Shown: positions 54,058-63,689, numbered from the stretch's first letter. The stretch: 64,000 bases of DNA from Candidatus Moraniibacteriota bacterium (GCA_049287005.1 JBAQEZ010000003.1:533808-597807); one strand, 5' to 3'. Notes: generated by a model from the letters alone, not told the origin. Translations and numbers: made by a program.

Positions 54058-54939
54058 ATGGAATGGGCACTGCTATCTATTTTAGGGGCATTCGGTCAGG
54101 CCCTCAGCTGGGGACTCAAGAAAAAGGCTCTCGATAAAAGCGGGGTCAACAACATAACCGGACTGGTCGGTTATGCCGTGGCGGGAGGAACGCTCGTACT
54201 CTTGTATCTTATCCTGGAGAAGGGCGAGACGGTTCATCTGACGACGACATTCTGGATTGCGACTTTTTTCATCGTCGCACTCAATGTTCTCGCAGCCTGG
54301 ACAGGCTATCGAGCATTGGACAAAGGAGCCCTCTCAGTCCTGATGCCGTTCATGTCGCTCACGGCGCTGGCGATCGTACCGATCGAATACCTGCTCCGAC
54401 ATACCGTTCCCACAACGCATCAATTATGGGGCATGGCCATCGTCGTGCTGGGCGCGATTATCGTTATGGCGAAAGAAAAACCGACCAAGGACGCGCTCGC
54501 CATGGCAGGTTATTTTTCGGTCACGCTTATCTGCTACTCCGTCGCATCGCCCCTTATGGGAGTGGCGGTCAATGAATCCGGATCCGGACTCTATGCTGCC
54601 GCCGTTGCGCATCTCGGTATCGCGTTCGGCTTCATCCCGCTTGTGTTTTTTTCTCGGGAAAGCGAAACTATGCGCGAATTGAAGAGACAGGGGCGCTGGT
54701 CACGGCTGTTCCTTTGGATGATACTCGCCGGTATTACCATCGCTGTATTCGAAAACGGTCCCATAAACGTCGCGCTTGAAAACGCCACGGCCAGTGAAGT
54801 CTTCGCTCTGAAGCGGACCATGCCATTCTTCGCCCTGATTCTCGGGACGCTGATGTTCCACGAGAAAATAACCCGCCGGCATATGCTCGGAACAGCGCTT
54901 CTTGTCGTCGGTTCCATTCTCATCATTCTGTTCCGGTAA
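54058..54939 (+). CDS. EamA/DMT-family 10-TM transporter (candidate lipid-linked sugar flippase or nucleotide-sugar/metabolite transporter)
   Basis: 293 aa with two EamA-like 5-TM repeats. Confidence 0.55.
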   Translation: MEWALLSILGAFGQALSWGLKKKALDKSGVNNITGLVGYAVAGGTLVLLYLILEKGETVHLTTTFWIATFFIVALNVLAAWTGYRALDKGALSVLMPFMSLTALAIVPIEYLLRHTVPTTHQLWGMAIVVLGAIIVMAKEKPTKDALAMAGYFSVTLICYSVASPLMGVAVNESGSGLYAAAVAHLGIAFGFIPLVFFSRESETMRELKRQGRWSRLFLWMILAGITIAVFENGPINVALENATASEVFALKRTMPFFALILGTLMFHEKITRRHMLGTALLVVGSILIILFR

Positions 54940-55023
54940 TGTTTCTACGCCTCACAGTGCCGCATGACAGGCCGCAAGCCCATCTGCGTAGACTCTGTGG
55001 GGCATTTTCTTTCTCTCGTTTGC

Positions 55024-55032
55024 TGGTATAAT
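55024..55032 (+). promoter_or_regulatory. candidate extended -10 element (TGGTATAAT) 9 nt upstream of the GT4 start codon
   Basis: TGn then TATAAT at 55027-55032. The ATG is at 55042. This implies a leaderless or near-leaderless transcript if it is used. Confidence 0.3.
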
Positions 55033-55041
55033 GAAACCATT

Positions 55042-56214
55042 ATGAAAATCGGCATCAACGCTTCTTTCTTGCGCAAGCCTGGTACGGGAATCGGGCAAGT
55101 AACATACAACGTTCTGCGAACGCTGGTTTCTCCTTCTCAGGGTGCTGCTATACACGAATTTTTTCTCTATTGCGAGGAGCAACCGAAATTAGATTTTGTT
55201 TTGCCGAAAAATTTTCATATTCGTGTCTTCCTCCCATGGTGGAAGCGCGATGATTTGATTCGGAAAATGCTGTGGGAAAAACAAGTGGTCAAAGAGGCGC
55301 TGCAGGATGGTTGCGCTGTTTTTTTGAGTCTCTACCAATCATCCACCGTCATGCCGAAAAATATACGGCATACAATGTTTGTTCATGACCTCGTTCCGCG
55401 GCTTTTCCCCCAATACCGGAGCAATATGCGCCAGACAATCCACTGGAAAAGGATAGAAAAGGGGATTCGCGCGGCCGATCATATCATCGCTATATCAAAC
55501 AATACGCAAAACGATCTCGTTCGCGAACTGAACATCGCGCGTGAAAAAATTTTAGTCGTCTACCTGGATGCGAATCCGCAATTTCACGAGACCGTCTCTC
55601 GAGAAAGAATGGCTGACGTTTTGAAAAAATATGATCTTGCAGCGGGATATATCTATCATGGCGGGGGACTGGAGATCCGCAAGAATACCGAAACGCTGTT
55701 ACGGGCGTATGCCGCGCTACGCGCCAAGAATCAGAAAGCAGGAATCATGAATCAAGCGAATGCGGCAATTCCGCCACTCGTGATCTCTGGGAAGATTTTT
55801 GATGAAACCAATAAACTCGCAACGGATGTCGAGGGACTGATACGAGAATTACGCTTACAAGACTCCGTCAGACTTTTGGGCTTTGTCCCGGATGCGGATT
55901 TACCGGCGCTCTATGCCGGAGCGCTCTTTTTCGTGTACCCGTCACTCTATGAGGGTTTCGGCTTGCCGGTGCTCGAAGCGCTGCGGATGCGCGTTCCGGT
56001 GCTCTCTTCCAATTCATCATCACTACCTGAGGTTGGCGGCACGGCAGCCCTCTATACTGATCCGAAGAATGTATCAGAAATGACTCGGCAAATGGAGCAC
56101 CTCTTCTCAGACGCGTCACTGCGCCAAACGCTGGTTTCTCAAAGCTCCCCGCAAGCAACACGATTCAGCTGGGCACAGTGCGTACAGAAGACCTTAGCTA
56201 TTTTAATGGAATAA
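55042..56214 (+). CDS. family 4 glycosyltransferase
   Basis: EGFGLPVLEALRMRVPVLSSN. The start is placed at MKIGINASF. The longest ORF begins at 54964. Confidence 0.75.
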   Translation: MKIGINASFLRKPGTGIGQVTYNVLRTLVSPSQGAAIHEFFLYCEEQPKLDFVLPKNFHIRVFLPWWKRDDLIRKMLWEKQVVKEALQDGCAVFLSLYQSSTVMPKNIRHTMFVHDLVPRLFPQYRSNMRQTIHWKRIEKGIRAADHIIAISNNTQNDLVRELNIAREKILVVYLDANPQFHETVSRERMADVLKKYDLAAGYIYHGGGLEIRKNTETLLRAYAALRAKNQKAGIMNQANAAIPPLVISGKIFDETNKLATDVEGLIRELRLQDSVRLLGFVPDADLPALYAGALFFVYPSLYEGFGLPVLEALRMRVPVLSSNSSSLPEVGGTAALYTDPKNVSEMTRQMEHLFSDASLRQTLVSQSSPQATRFSWAQCVQKTLAILME

Positions 56215-56217
56215 CAT

Positions 56218-57807
56218 ATGACACCTCCTTTTGTTTTGCCTTTCGGGTGGAGCGTCGACAAATGGTTGCTCGTTTTGTGCAACATGTTGGCCGGCACCCT
56301 CCTCATCGTTCTTTCTCATACGACCGCCTTGCCTCTGGATGATATCAATCTCATTTTCTTTTCGTTTGTCGGGTTCCTGTTCGCGCTCTATCGTCCCGGG
56401 TGGGCGTTTCTGCTGCTTATCGGCATGTTGCCCTATGAAATCATCAATCTGGCACCAGCAAATTACCCTCTGACCCTGCGCCCATACCAGTGGCTTTTGG
56501 TATTGATAACGCTGGCGCTGCTGGTAAGGACCGCTTTCCGGCGGTTTCCTTTGGAGAAATTCGTGCCGAATATCTGGGATGCCGCCCTGGTGCTCCTGAG
56601 CATCGGCGCCTGGCTTTCGGCGTTGGCAAGCGACCAGACAACCGTCGCGCTGAAGCTTTCTGTCATCCTTCTCTCTTTCGTCCTGCTGTATTTCATCACG
56701 CGGCTTTTCGTCCGCTCGATCGACGATGCCCGGATGCTGCTCCCGTTTATCTTTTCTACTTTTCTGATCATTGCCGCATATGCCATCGTACAGAACGTCC
56801 TCTTTCAGAGCGGTCAGGAAAGTTTCGAGGTGATGGCCGGCCGACCCAACGCTACTTTTGCGGAAGCGGATTGGCTCGGCGGATATCTGGCTGCCGTACT
56901 CGTCGTATTGAGCGCTCTCATCGCCTCTCCGGCGCTTATCGCCAAAAACAATTCCACCAGACTGCTGCATTATATTTTTTCCACGCTCCTCTTCCTCGGA
57001 TTCGTGGCGCTGCTCATCACGGTCAGCCGGAGCGCGTGGCTAGCGACGCTCTGCGGTATGCTGGCCGTGCTTTTCCTGTACGCCTGGAAAAACGGGGTGT
57101 GGCGCGCCTTGTTTGAGAAAAATCGCGCGGTACTGCAGGAAATCCTGCGTATCAAACTCTCCCTTCTGGCGCCTCTTTTTTTGGCGTTCTTTCTCGTGTA
57201 TTTTTCCGGGCTGAGTCCTTTCGATTTGTTTGATCGTAGTAGAAGCACGGCTACGGGAGAGCAGAGGATAACCGTGGCATGCGAAAAAGAAATTGTTCTT
57301 CCGGAAAAAATCGCGCGCGCGGAAGCTTTGAGGCCGTATGGCTGCGAGCATATACGCCTCGAAGAAGTTGCCGCACGACAAGAAGCGGGGGAATATGTGG
57401 CCGAGGTGTTTCGCGATGATCCGAACGTGTACATGCGGAGAGAGATCTACGGGCAGGTGACGGACATCTTGCGGGAGCACGCGTTCTTCGGCATCGGATT
57501 CGGAAACATCGCTTCCTTGCTGGGCACGGATGAACGGGGAGCGGGACTCAACGCCAGCAATATCTTCTTGGAGGTGTGGCTGGGCGCGGGGATCATAGGT
57601 TTCCTGGCCTTCCTCTTTTTCTGGTTTGGTCTCGGAGCGACATGGCTGTACAGAGGCTTCCAACAGCGATCCGCTCTAACTATCGTCCTGGCACCGCTCT
57701 GGATCACGCTCACCGTTTTCAACCTTTTCAATTCTGGCCTCTTTCTCGGATTCTTTTTTGCCTGTATGGCATGCTTATTGATACTTCCCTCCCATGAACG
57801 AATCTAA
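56218..57807 (+). CDS. O-antigen ligase / Wzy_C-domain polytopic membrane protein (glycan polymerase or ligase)
   Basis: About 12 TM helices. ITVSRSAWLATLCGML matches the conserved SR.aWl motif of the O-antigen ligase domain. Periplasmic loop between TM segments. Confidence 0.55.
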   Translation: MTPPFVLPFGWSVDKWLLVLCNMLAGTLLIVLSHTTALPLDDINLIFFSFVGFLFALYRPGWAFLLLIGMLPYEIINLAPANYPLTLRPYQWLLVLITLALLVRTAFRRFPLEKFVPNIWDAALVLLSIGAWLSALASDQTTVALKLSVILLSFVLLYFITRLFVRSIDDARMLLPFIFSTFLIIAAYAIVQNVLFQSGQESFEVMAGRPNATFAEADWLGGYLAAVLVVLSALIASPALIAKNNSTRLLHYIFSTLLFLGFVALLITVSRSAWLATLCGMLAVLFLYAWKNGVWRALFEKNRAVLQEILRIKLSLLAPLFLAFFLVYFSGLSPFDLFDRSRSTATGEQRITVACEKEIVLPEKIARAEALRPYGCEHIRLEEVAARQEAGEYVAEVFRDDPNVYMRREIYGQVTDILREHAFFGIGFGNIASLLGTDERGAGLNASNIFLEVWLGAGIIGFLAFLFFWFGLGATWLYRGFQQRSALTIVLAPLWITLTVFNLFNSGLFLGFFFACMACLLILPSHERI

Positions 57808-57808
57808 A

Positions 57809-58978
57809 ATGACCATCGCTATCGACATCCGTCTTGTGGGAAAAAACCGCACCGGAGATGAAACGGTTTTTTTTCATTTGACCAAAGAGCTGCTGAAGCT
57901 CGATAAGATCAACCGCTATCTGTTACTGACAGATGAAACAAGAATAGCGAAAGTCGCAGCCCTGTATGCAAAGCTGGAATGTATCGGCCAAACGAATGCG
58001 GAGATCGTTTCTCTCTCAGCCGGCAATCGTTTCGTCTGGAATCTCTTCGTTCTCCCTCGCTATCTTTTTCAGAACCGGATCGACATTTTTCATACCCAAT
58101 ATATTCTGCCGTTTTTCTCGCCTCGGCGTACGAAAATCATCACGCACATTCATGACGTTTCATTTCGCGCTCATCCGACATTTATCCGTTGGTCTGATCG
58201 TTTGTTCTTATCGCTCCTGATACCGTCCTCGCTCCGGAAAGCCGCGCTCATCATCGCGCCCTCGCAGTTCACCAAAAATGAAATCATCAGATACTACGGC
58301 ATACCGGAAGAAAAGATAGCCGTGATCCCCAACAGCACCGGGGAGCTGTTTCTGGAAAATGTTGCGGGCAACCAGGAGAAAACCGACGCACTCCGGGAAA
58401 AATACGGACTACCGGAACAGTTCGTCCTCTCGGTCGGAACGCTGCAGCCGAGGAAGAACATCCCTTTCCTCATCCACGCCTTCGCTCTCCTCCAGAAACG
58501 CTTGCCGGAAATGAAACTGGTCATCGTAGGGAACAGACAGGCCTATCATACGGATCCGGAAATCGAAACAGCCGTAGCCACACGGGGGCTTCGACAGGCG
58601 GTGATCTTTCCCGGATTCGTCGATCAGGATGACCTGCCGGCCGTCATACGTCTGGCGCGGATTTTCGCCTTTCCCTCACTGTATGAAGGGTTCGGTATCC
58701 CGCTGCTGGAAGCCATGAGCCAGTCCGTGCCCGTGGCCGCCTCCGCTCTGCCAAGTTTACAGGAAATCGGAGGGGACGCGGCTCTCTATTTCGACCCCAC
58801 GAGTATTGCCAATTGCGAAGAAAAACTGTATACTCTTTGTACTCATCCTCTACAGAGAGAAACGCTCCAAAGAGCCGGGAAAGAAAGGATCAAACTCTTT
58901 TCTTGGCGGAGGAGCGCTTTGTTGTTATTGGATGCGTATAGGAAAATAACTCGTACGCAAACAGAAGAAACACAATAA
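57809..58978 (+). CDS. family 4 glycosyltransferase
   Basis: EGFGIPLLEAMSQSVPVAASA. The start is placed at MTIAIDIR. The longest ORF begins at 57794. Confidence 0.75.
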   Translation: MTIAIDIRLVGKNRTGDETVFFHLTKELLKLDKINRYLLLTDETRIAKVAALYAKLECIGQTNAEIVSLSAGNRFVWNLFVLPRYLFQNRIDIFHTQYILPFFSPRRTKIITHIHDVSFRAHPTFIRWSDRLFLSLLIPSSLRKAALIIAPSQFTKNEIIRYYGIPEEKIAVIPNSTGELFLENVAGNQEKTDALREKYGLPEQFVLSVGTLQPRKNIPFLIHAFALLQKRLPEMKLVIVGNRQAYHTDPEIETAVATRGLRQAVIFPGFVDQDDLPAVIRLARIFAFPSLYEGFGIPLLEAMSQSVPVAASALPSLQEIGGDAALYFDPTSIANCEEKLYTLCTHPLQRETLQRAGKERIKLFSWRRSALLLLDAYRKITRTQTEETQ

Positions 58979-59001
58979 TTGAATCCGTTTAATATGTATT
59001 A

Positions 59002-60231
59002 TTGATTTTATTTATGGCGTTTTTCAAAAAAGACAACGGGGCTCTGCCGCAAAGTGCCGGAACCTCTCGCAAACATCGCGTGTGGCGCATAGTCGGTTTC
59101 TTCTTGGTGCTGTTTTTGATTGTCGGAGGGGTATTTGCCTGGAAAACGGGGCTGACCCTGAATAAAATATCTCAAGGGAATGCGAATCTTTTCGGCAGCC
59201 TCATAAACTCCATCCCGGGCGTGGATAAAAAGCTCGCCGGAGAAGATACCGGTCGCATCAATATTCTGCTTCTGGGCATGCGCGGAGAAGGCGTGACAGG
59301 CGGAGGCTTGCTGGCCGATACCATCATGGTGCTCTCGATTCATCCGAAAACGGATGTTCCTGAGGACACGAGCCGTGTGTCTCTCATTTCTATTCCACGT
59401 GATACGTACGTGAAAGTGCCTGGTCGCAATGAACAACGGAAAATCAACGCCGTGTACGCCCTGGGGGAAGAACGGGCGCTCCATAAAGGTGGCATTGAAG
59501 ATATGCGGACGATCGTCGGGGACGTGACCGGTCTCGATATTCCTTACGCCATTACATTGAACTTTCAAGGTTTCAAAGATCTCGTCAACGCCGTAGGCGG
59601 CGTCACCGTACACCTCAATCAGCCCTTCGAAGAAGGCGTCCAGTTCCGCGGTCTGACAGCGCGCTGTGATCTCGTGCGCTATACGATCCCCTCCGGCAAC
59701 GTTGAAGTGAAAAAAGGCACCCGCAGGAACGGGTCGGTCTATTACCGGCACTACGATCTGTGTTTTGAAAAAATGACCGCGACAGCGATCAGTGAACTGG
59801 AGTGCGGCGGTGATTTCAGGCTGCCGGCCGGAGACAGCCTGCTGAATGGCGATAAAGCTCTGTGTTATGTGCGTTCTCGCGATGCGACGAGCGATTTTGA
59901 ACGCGCGCGCCGCCAGCAAGAAGTCATCAATCTCATCCGCGCCAAAGCCCTCTCACTCGGCACGCTGACAGATTTCGCCAAGGTCAACACCCTTTTGGAT
60001 AGCTTGGGCAACAACGTCAGTACCAATATGCAGGCATGGGAGATGAAACGATTGTTCGATCTGTACCAGAAAGGTAGCGCTGCGAAAATCAATCAGCGCG
60101 TCCTGGAAGATTCCGAGGAAGGGTTGCTCTACGCACCGCAACAGACACCCGAAACCGGCTATATTCTTCTGCCACGCGGTGACAATTACGACCGCATTCA
60201 CGAACTTTTCAAAAACTCGCTCAATCAGTAA
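59002..60231 (+). CDS. LytR-CpsA-Psr (LCP) family glycopolymer phosphotransferase
   Basis: N-terminal TM anchor, then INILLLGMRGEG...DTIMVLSIHPKTD...ISIPRDTYVKVPG...KINAVYALGE. These are hallmark LCP motifs. Confidence 0.75.
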   Translation: MILFMAFFKKDNGALPQSAGTSRKHRVWRIVGFFLVLFLIVGGVFAWKTGLTLNKISQGNANLFGSLINSIPGVDKKLAGEDTGRINILLLGMRGEGVTGGGLLADTIMVLSIHPKTDVPEDTSRVSLISIPRDTYVKVPGRNEQRKINAVYALGEERALHKGGIEDMRTIVGDVTGLDIPYAITLNFQGFKDLVNAVGGVTVHLNQPFEEGVQFRGLTARCDLVRYTIPSGNVEVKKGTRRNGSVYYRHYDLCFEKMTATAISELECGGDFRLPAGDSLLNGDKALCYVRSRDATSDFERARRQQEVINLIRAKALSLGTLTDFAKVNTLLDSLGNNVSTNMQAWEMKRLFDLYQKGSAAKINQRVLEDSEEGLLYAPQQTPETGYILLPRGDNYDRIHELFKNSLNQ

Positions 60232-60242
60232 AAGCGAGCCAC

Positions 60243-61067
60243 ATGGACAACATCGAGCTGACCATCGCTATCAACGGATACAGGAGCCCGGAATTGCTCA
60301 GGCTTTGTCTGAGGTCGATTTTCGAACACCTCGCAGGATCACCTGTCCGTTTCGAAGTGCTCGTTACCGATAGTGCCACAGAAGAAGACACCGAAATGCT
60401 GATGCGCGAAGAATTTCCGCAGGTGCGTTTTTTCCCGTTCGAACAAAATGTCGGGTTCAAAACACTGGTCAATACCTCTTTGCGGGAAGCGCGAGGCACA
60501 TACGTATTTCTCATCAATAGCGACATTATTCTCACCGCAGAGACCATTCCGAAGATGCTCGGCTATATCCGAGAACACCCGGAAATCGGACTGCTCGCGC
60601 CGCAGCAACTGAATTTCAATGGAACATTCCAACAGAGTTGCTACCGCTTCTACCGTCCACAAACCATCCTGTATCGGCGGACGTGGCTTTCCCGATTCTC
60701 CTTTGCCAAGAAGCACCTGTGGTGGTTCATGATGCATGAGTACGACCGTACAACGCCGAAAAGCGTCGACTGGGTCATCGGCTCAGCGATGCTGGTCGCC
60801 CACAAGGCAGCCGAGAAAGTCGGCGCCATGGATGATCAATTTTTCATGTACATGGAAGATGTCGACTGGTGCCGGCGTTTTTGGGAAAACGGCTACCACG
60901 TCGTCTATTATCCAGAAGCCTCTGTCTACCACTATCATGCCAAAGGCAGCGCTCGCGGCGGATTCCTCGGATCTCTTTTCTTCAACAAATTAACCTGGTA
61001 TCATATCGAAAGCGCTGTCCGATATTTTTGGAAATATCGCGGGAAAGCGCTGCCGCACCAGGAATAA
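60243..61067 (+). CDS. family 2 glycosyltransferase
   Basis: ELTIAINGYRSPELLRLCLRSI...VLVTDSATEED...INSDIIL. Confidence 0.7.
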   Translation: MDNIELTIAINGYRSPELLRLCLRSIFEHLAGSPVRFEVLVTDSATEEDTEMLMREEFPQVRFFPFEQNVGFKTLVNTSLREARGTYVFLINSDIILTAETIPKMLGYIREHPEIGLLAPQQLNFNGTFQQSCYRFYRPQTILYRRTWLSRFSFAKKHLWWFMMHEYDRTTPKSVDWVIGSAMLVAHKAAEKVGAMDDQFFMYMEDVDWCRRFWENGYHVVYYPEASVYHYHAKGSARGGFLGSLFFNKLTWYHIESAVRYFWKYRGKALPHQE

Positions 61068-61092
61068 ATAAACGATAGCAACACAATAGAAT

Positions 61093-62430
61093 ATGGAACA
61101 ATTCCCATCGCCGCTCCCGTCCGAACCAACCGGCCTCCCGGTATCCTCTGGAGGCAATAATCAAGAAGAAAAAGCCCTGCAGTATGAACGCGGGCAGAGG
61201 ATTTTCAAAAAAGCTTTCGTCTTTTTTTTCGTGGTTGCTCTTGTCTGTGGAGCATTTTGGCTCGGTTATGATCGTGGCAGTCATCGCATTTTTTCATCCG
61301 GTGCGACAGCGACCGACATCCTTTCGCCGAGCGATGCCATCATCACCAATAAAACCAGTCCGGATAAAACCATCGACTTTTCCTTATTCTGGAAAGTGTG
61401 GAGCTTATTGAAAGACAAATATGTCGACGGCGGCAAGCTCGATGCACGCACCCTGTTCTATGGTGCCATCAAAGGAATGATGGCCGCTACCGGCGATCCG
61501 TATACGACCTTTTTTGATCCGAAAGAAAGCCGAGCTTTTCAGGAGGATATTTCCGGCACGTTTGAAGGTATCGGCGCTGAAATGGGTATCAAGAACGAGA
61601 TTCTTACCATTATCGCTCCGCTCGAAGGAATGCCGGCGGAGAAAGCTGGACTGATGGCTGGCGACAAGATCATCAAGATTGACGACCGGACCACCACGGC
61701 CATGTCATTGGAAGAAGCGGTCAGTAAAATTCGTGGCACGCGAGGCACGGAAGTAAAATTGACTATTTTTCGCAATGGAGACGAAGAGTCTCGCAACATC
61801 ACCGTCAAACGCGATGTGATCCTCGTGAAGAGCGTGCGTTTCGAAATGAAAGAAAATAACACGGCCTATATCCGAGTCAGCCGTTTCGGCGATGACACGA
61901 AAAAAGAATTCCAAGCAGCCGTCAATCAAGCGCTCAGCAAAAAAGCGTCGAGGCTCATCATCGATTTGCGTAATAATCCGGGCGGATTCCTGGACACCTC
62001 TATCGATATGGCCAGCCTGATGCTGCCTGCTGGCAAAATCGTCGTGATGGAAGAAAATGGATCGGGAGAGCGCAAAGAGATGAAGGCCCGTGGTGGCGAC
62101 GTGCTCAGTGCTGTCCCGACAGCGGTTCTCATCAACGAAGGGAGCGCGAGCGCATCTGAAATCCTGGCTGGTGCGCTGAAAGACAACCGTGACAACGTGA
62201 CGTTGATCGGCAAGAAATCATTCGGCAAAGGATCGGTGCAAGAACTGATTTCCGTGGGCAAGGATACGGCGGCCAAAATCACGGTAGCGCGTTGGTTGAC
62301 GCCGGCCGGCCACCAGATCAACAACGTGGGTATCGCTCCGGACATCGAAGTCGGCCTGACGGGCGATGACGCGGACAACAAACGCGATCCGCAGTTGGAT
62401 AAAGCGCTAGAAATATTGAAGGAGAAATAA
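61093..62430 (+). CDS. ctpA: S41 family C-terminal processing peptidase with PDZ domain
   Basis: N-terminal TM anchor. PDZ segment GIGAEMGIKNEILTIIAPLEGMPAEKAGLMAGDKIIKIDD. The catalytic region contains GSASASEILAGAL (Ser) and a KSFGKGSVQ Lys dyad context. Confidence 0.8.
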   Translation: MEQFPSPLPSEPTGLPVSSGGNNQEEKALQYERGQRIFKKAFVFFFVVALVCGAFWLGYDRGSHRIFSSGATATDILSPSDAIITNKTSPDKTIDFSLFWKVWSLLKDKYVDGGKLDARTLFYGAIKGMMAATGDPYTTFFDPKESRAFQEDISGTFEGIGAEMGIKNEILTIIAPLEGMPAEKAGLMAGDKIIKIDDRTTTAMSLEEAVSKIRGTRGTEVKLTIFRNGDEESRNITVKRDVILVKSVRFEMKENNTAYIRVSRFGDDTKKEFQAAVNQALSKKASRLIIDLRNNPGGFLDTSIDMASLMLPAGKIVVMEENGSGERKEMKARGGDVLSAVPTAVLINEGSASASEILAGALKDNRDNVTLIGKKSFGKGSVQELISVGKDTAAKITVARWLTPAGHQINNVGIAPDIEVGLTGDDADNKRDPQLDKALEILKEK

Positions 62431-62457
62431 TTAGCACTCGCTTGACGGAGGTGCCAA
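62431..62457 (+). promoter_or_regulatory. CIRCE-like inverted repeat (HrcA operator candidate) overlapping the groES promoter
   Basis: TTAGCACTC (exact CIRCE left half), N9, AGGTGCCAA (6/9 match to GAGTGCTAA). Confidence 0.4.
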
Positions 62458-62470
62458 TGTTTTTTATACT
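62442..62470 (+). promoter_or_regulatory. candidate sigma70-type promoter (TTGACG-17-TATACT) for groES
   Basis: TTGACG 62442-62447, a 17-nt spacer, TATACT 62465-62470. Confidence 0.5.
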
Positions 62471-62505
62471 GAGGCATACAGGTAAGCAATAACGCAGTAA
62501 AACCT

Positions 62506-62781
62506 ATGAAAAAGACAAACGTCAAACCGCTGGGCGAGAACATCCTCATTCATCCGGAAAAACCGGAGCAAAAAACTGCTGCCGGCATCTATCTGCCCGA
62601 AACAGCCAGCCAGGAACGCTCCCAGCTCGGTAAAGTGATAGCGATAGGAGAAAGTGACAAGATCAAGGTCAAAGCCGGTCAAACGGTCGTTTTCCGACGT
62701 TATGGAGGCGAAGAGGTCAAGATAGACGGCGAAGAATATCTCATCGCCAGCTACAAAGATGTCCTTGCTATAGTCAGCTAA
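62506..62781 (+). CDS. groES: co-chaperonin GroES
   Basis: 91 aa. KPLGENILIHPEKPEQKTAAGIYLPETA...GKVIAIGE...GQTVVFRRYGGEEVKIDGEEYLI. Confidence 0.9.
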   Translation: MKKTNVKPLGENILIHPEKPEQKTAAGIYLPETASQERSQLGKVIAIGESDKIKVKAGQTVVFRRYGGEEVKIDGEEYLIASYKDVLAIVS

Positions 62782-62796
62782 CCTTCGGCCATACGA

Positions 62797-62838
62797 AACA
62801 GCACTCTCGCCGGTATCGCGGGGTGCTGTTTTTTTTCG
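62797..62838. terminator. rho-independent terminator, possibly bidirectional, between groES and the convergent rhodanese gene
   Basis: AACAGCAC, an 18-nt loop, GTGCTGTT, then a T8 run. Confidence 0.6.
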
Positions 62839-62861
62839 CTGGACAGGATGCCCCCTCGCCC

Positions 62862-63689
62862 TTAGGGCTGAAGCGGCAAGCCAGAAAGAGCGGTGAGAGC
62901 GTTGTTGCCGTTCAAGGTCCGCGCGGTAAAAATGCCCAAATCAGAAAGATGGACGCCGCCCTGGAAAGAAACGAGATCATTTTCACCATACACGATAATC
63001 TGTCTTCCAGCGGGGATTTCGTTCCTGCGCTTTTCTAATTGATCCGAGGGGATATTGACGGCGCCTACAATGTGCTTCTGCCTATAGTGTTCTTCCGTCT
63101 GAACATCCAGAATCAACAAGGATGCCTTTTGTTCGCTGAGCATCTTTTTCAAATCCTCCGTCCCGATGTATGTTATTTTGGACTGGTCGATAAAAGAATT
63201 AGGATCCCCGCGGGAAAGTGTCGGCGCGTTTATCCCTTTCCATCCTTCAAAGCCGCCCTTGAGGAAAAAATAGGGGAAAGATTTTTGCACCAAAATATTC
63301 TTCGCCGTTTCAAATGTTTGCAGATCCGCTGCGGAAAAAACAATCACGACTGCCTCGTCCGGGCCGGGAGAGAAGTTTTGCAGTAAACCTATCGGCAGTG
63401 AGAGCGCCTGCGCGATATGCTCGTTCTGGAAAATTCCTTCGGTACGGATGTCCACGACGGTGATCTTGTCCCCGTTTTGAATTTTTTGCAAAAGGACATC
63501 CGGCGCCATAAGAGGAACGGCTCCTGGCTTGCTCTCCATGGCTGATTTTCCAGATAAGGGCGGCGTCAGATCCGCACGATTCCCAAAAAATATTTTACCG
63601 ATAAAAAAGACGCCGACCAGAAAAATGAGTGCGGCTCCTACCATCAGCGCTCGCTGATCGCGTTTATTGCTACGACGGGTCGTGAGCAT
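62862..63689 (-). CDS. membrane-anchored tandem rhodanese-domain sulfurtransferase-like protein
   Basis: N-terminal TM, then two rhodanese-like modules (ITVVDIRTEGIFQNEHIAQALSLP and LLILDVQTEEHYRQKHIVGAVNIP). Confidence 0.65.
   Translation of the reverse strand: MLTTRRSNKRDQRALMVGAALIFLVGVFFIGKIFFGNRADLTPPLSGKSAMESKPGAVPLMAPDVLLQKIQNGDKITVVDIRTEGIFQNEHIAQALSLPIGLLQNFSPGPDEAVVIVFSAADLQTFETAKNILVQKSFPYFFLKGGFEGWKGINAPTLSRGDPNSFIDQSKITYIGTEDLKKMLSEQKASLLILDVQTEEHYRQKHIVGAVNIPSDQLEKRRNEIPAGRQIIVYGENDLVSFQGGVHLSDLGIFTARTLNGNNALTALSGLPLQP

Noticed and set aside
54940-55023. Possible terminator hairpin after the EamA gene (CACAG...CTGTG with a long loop, then a T-rich run)
   Set aside because: The stem is short with a roughly 33-nt loop and an interrupted T-tract. 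It is not convincing as an intrinsic terminator.
56203-57663. Three overlapping minus-strand ORFs (255, 154, 207 aa) antisense to the O-antigen-ligase-like gene
   Set aside because: They are mutually overlapping and Arg/Gln-rich. They have no motifs. The sense gene is a coherent polytopic protein.
59008-59919. 303-aa minus-strand ORF antisense to the LCP gene
   Set aside because: The LCP motifs on the plus strand are unambiguous. The antisense translation is featureless.
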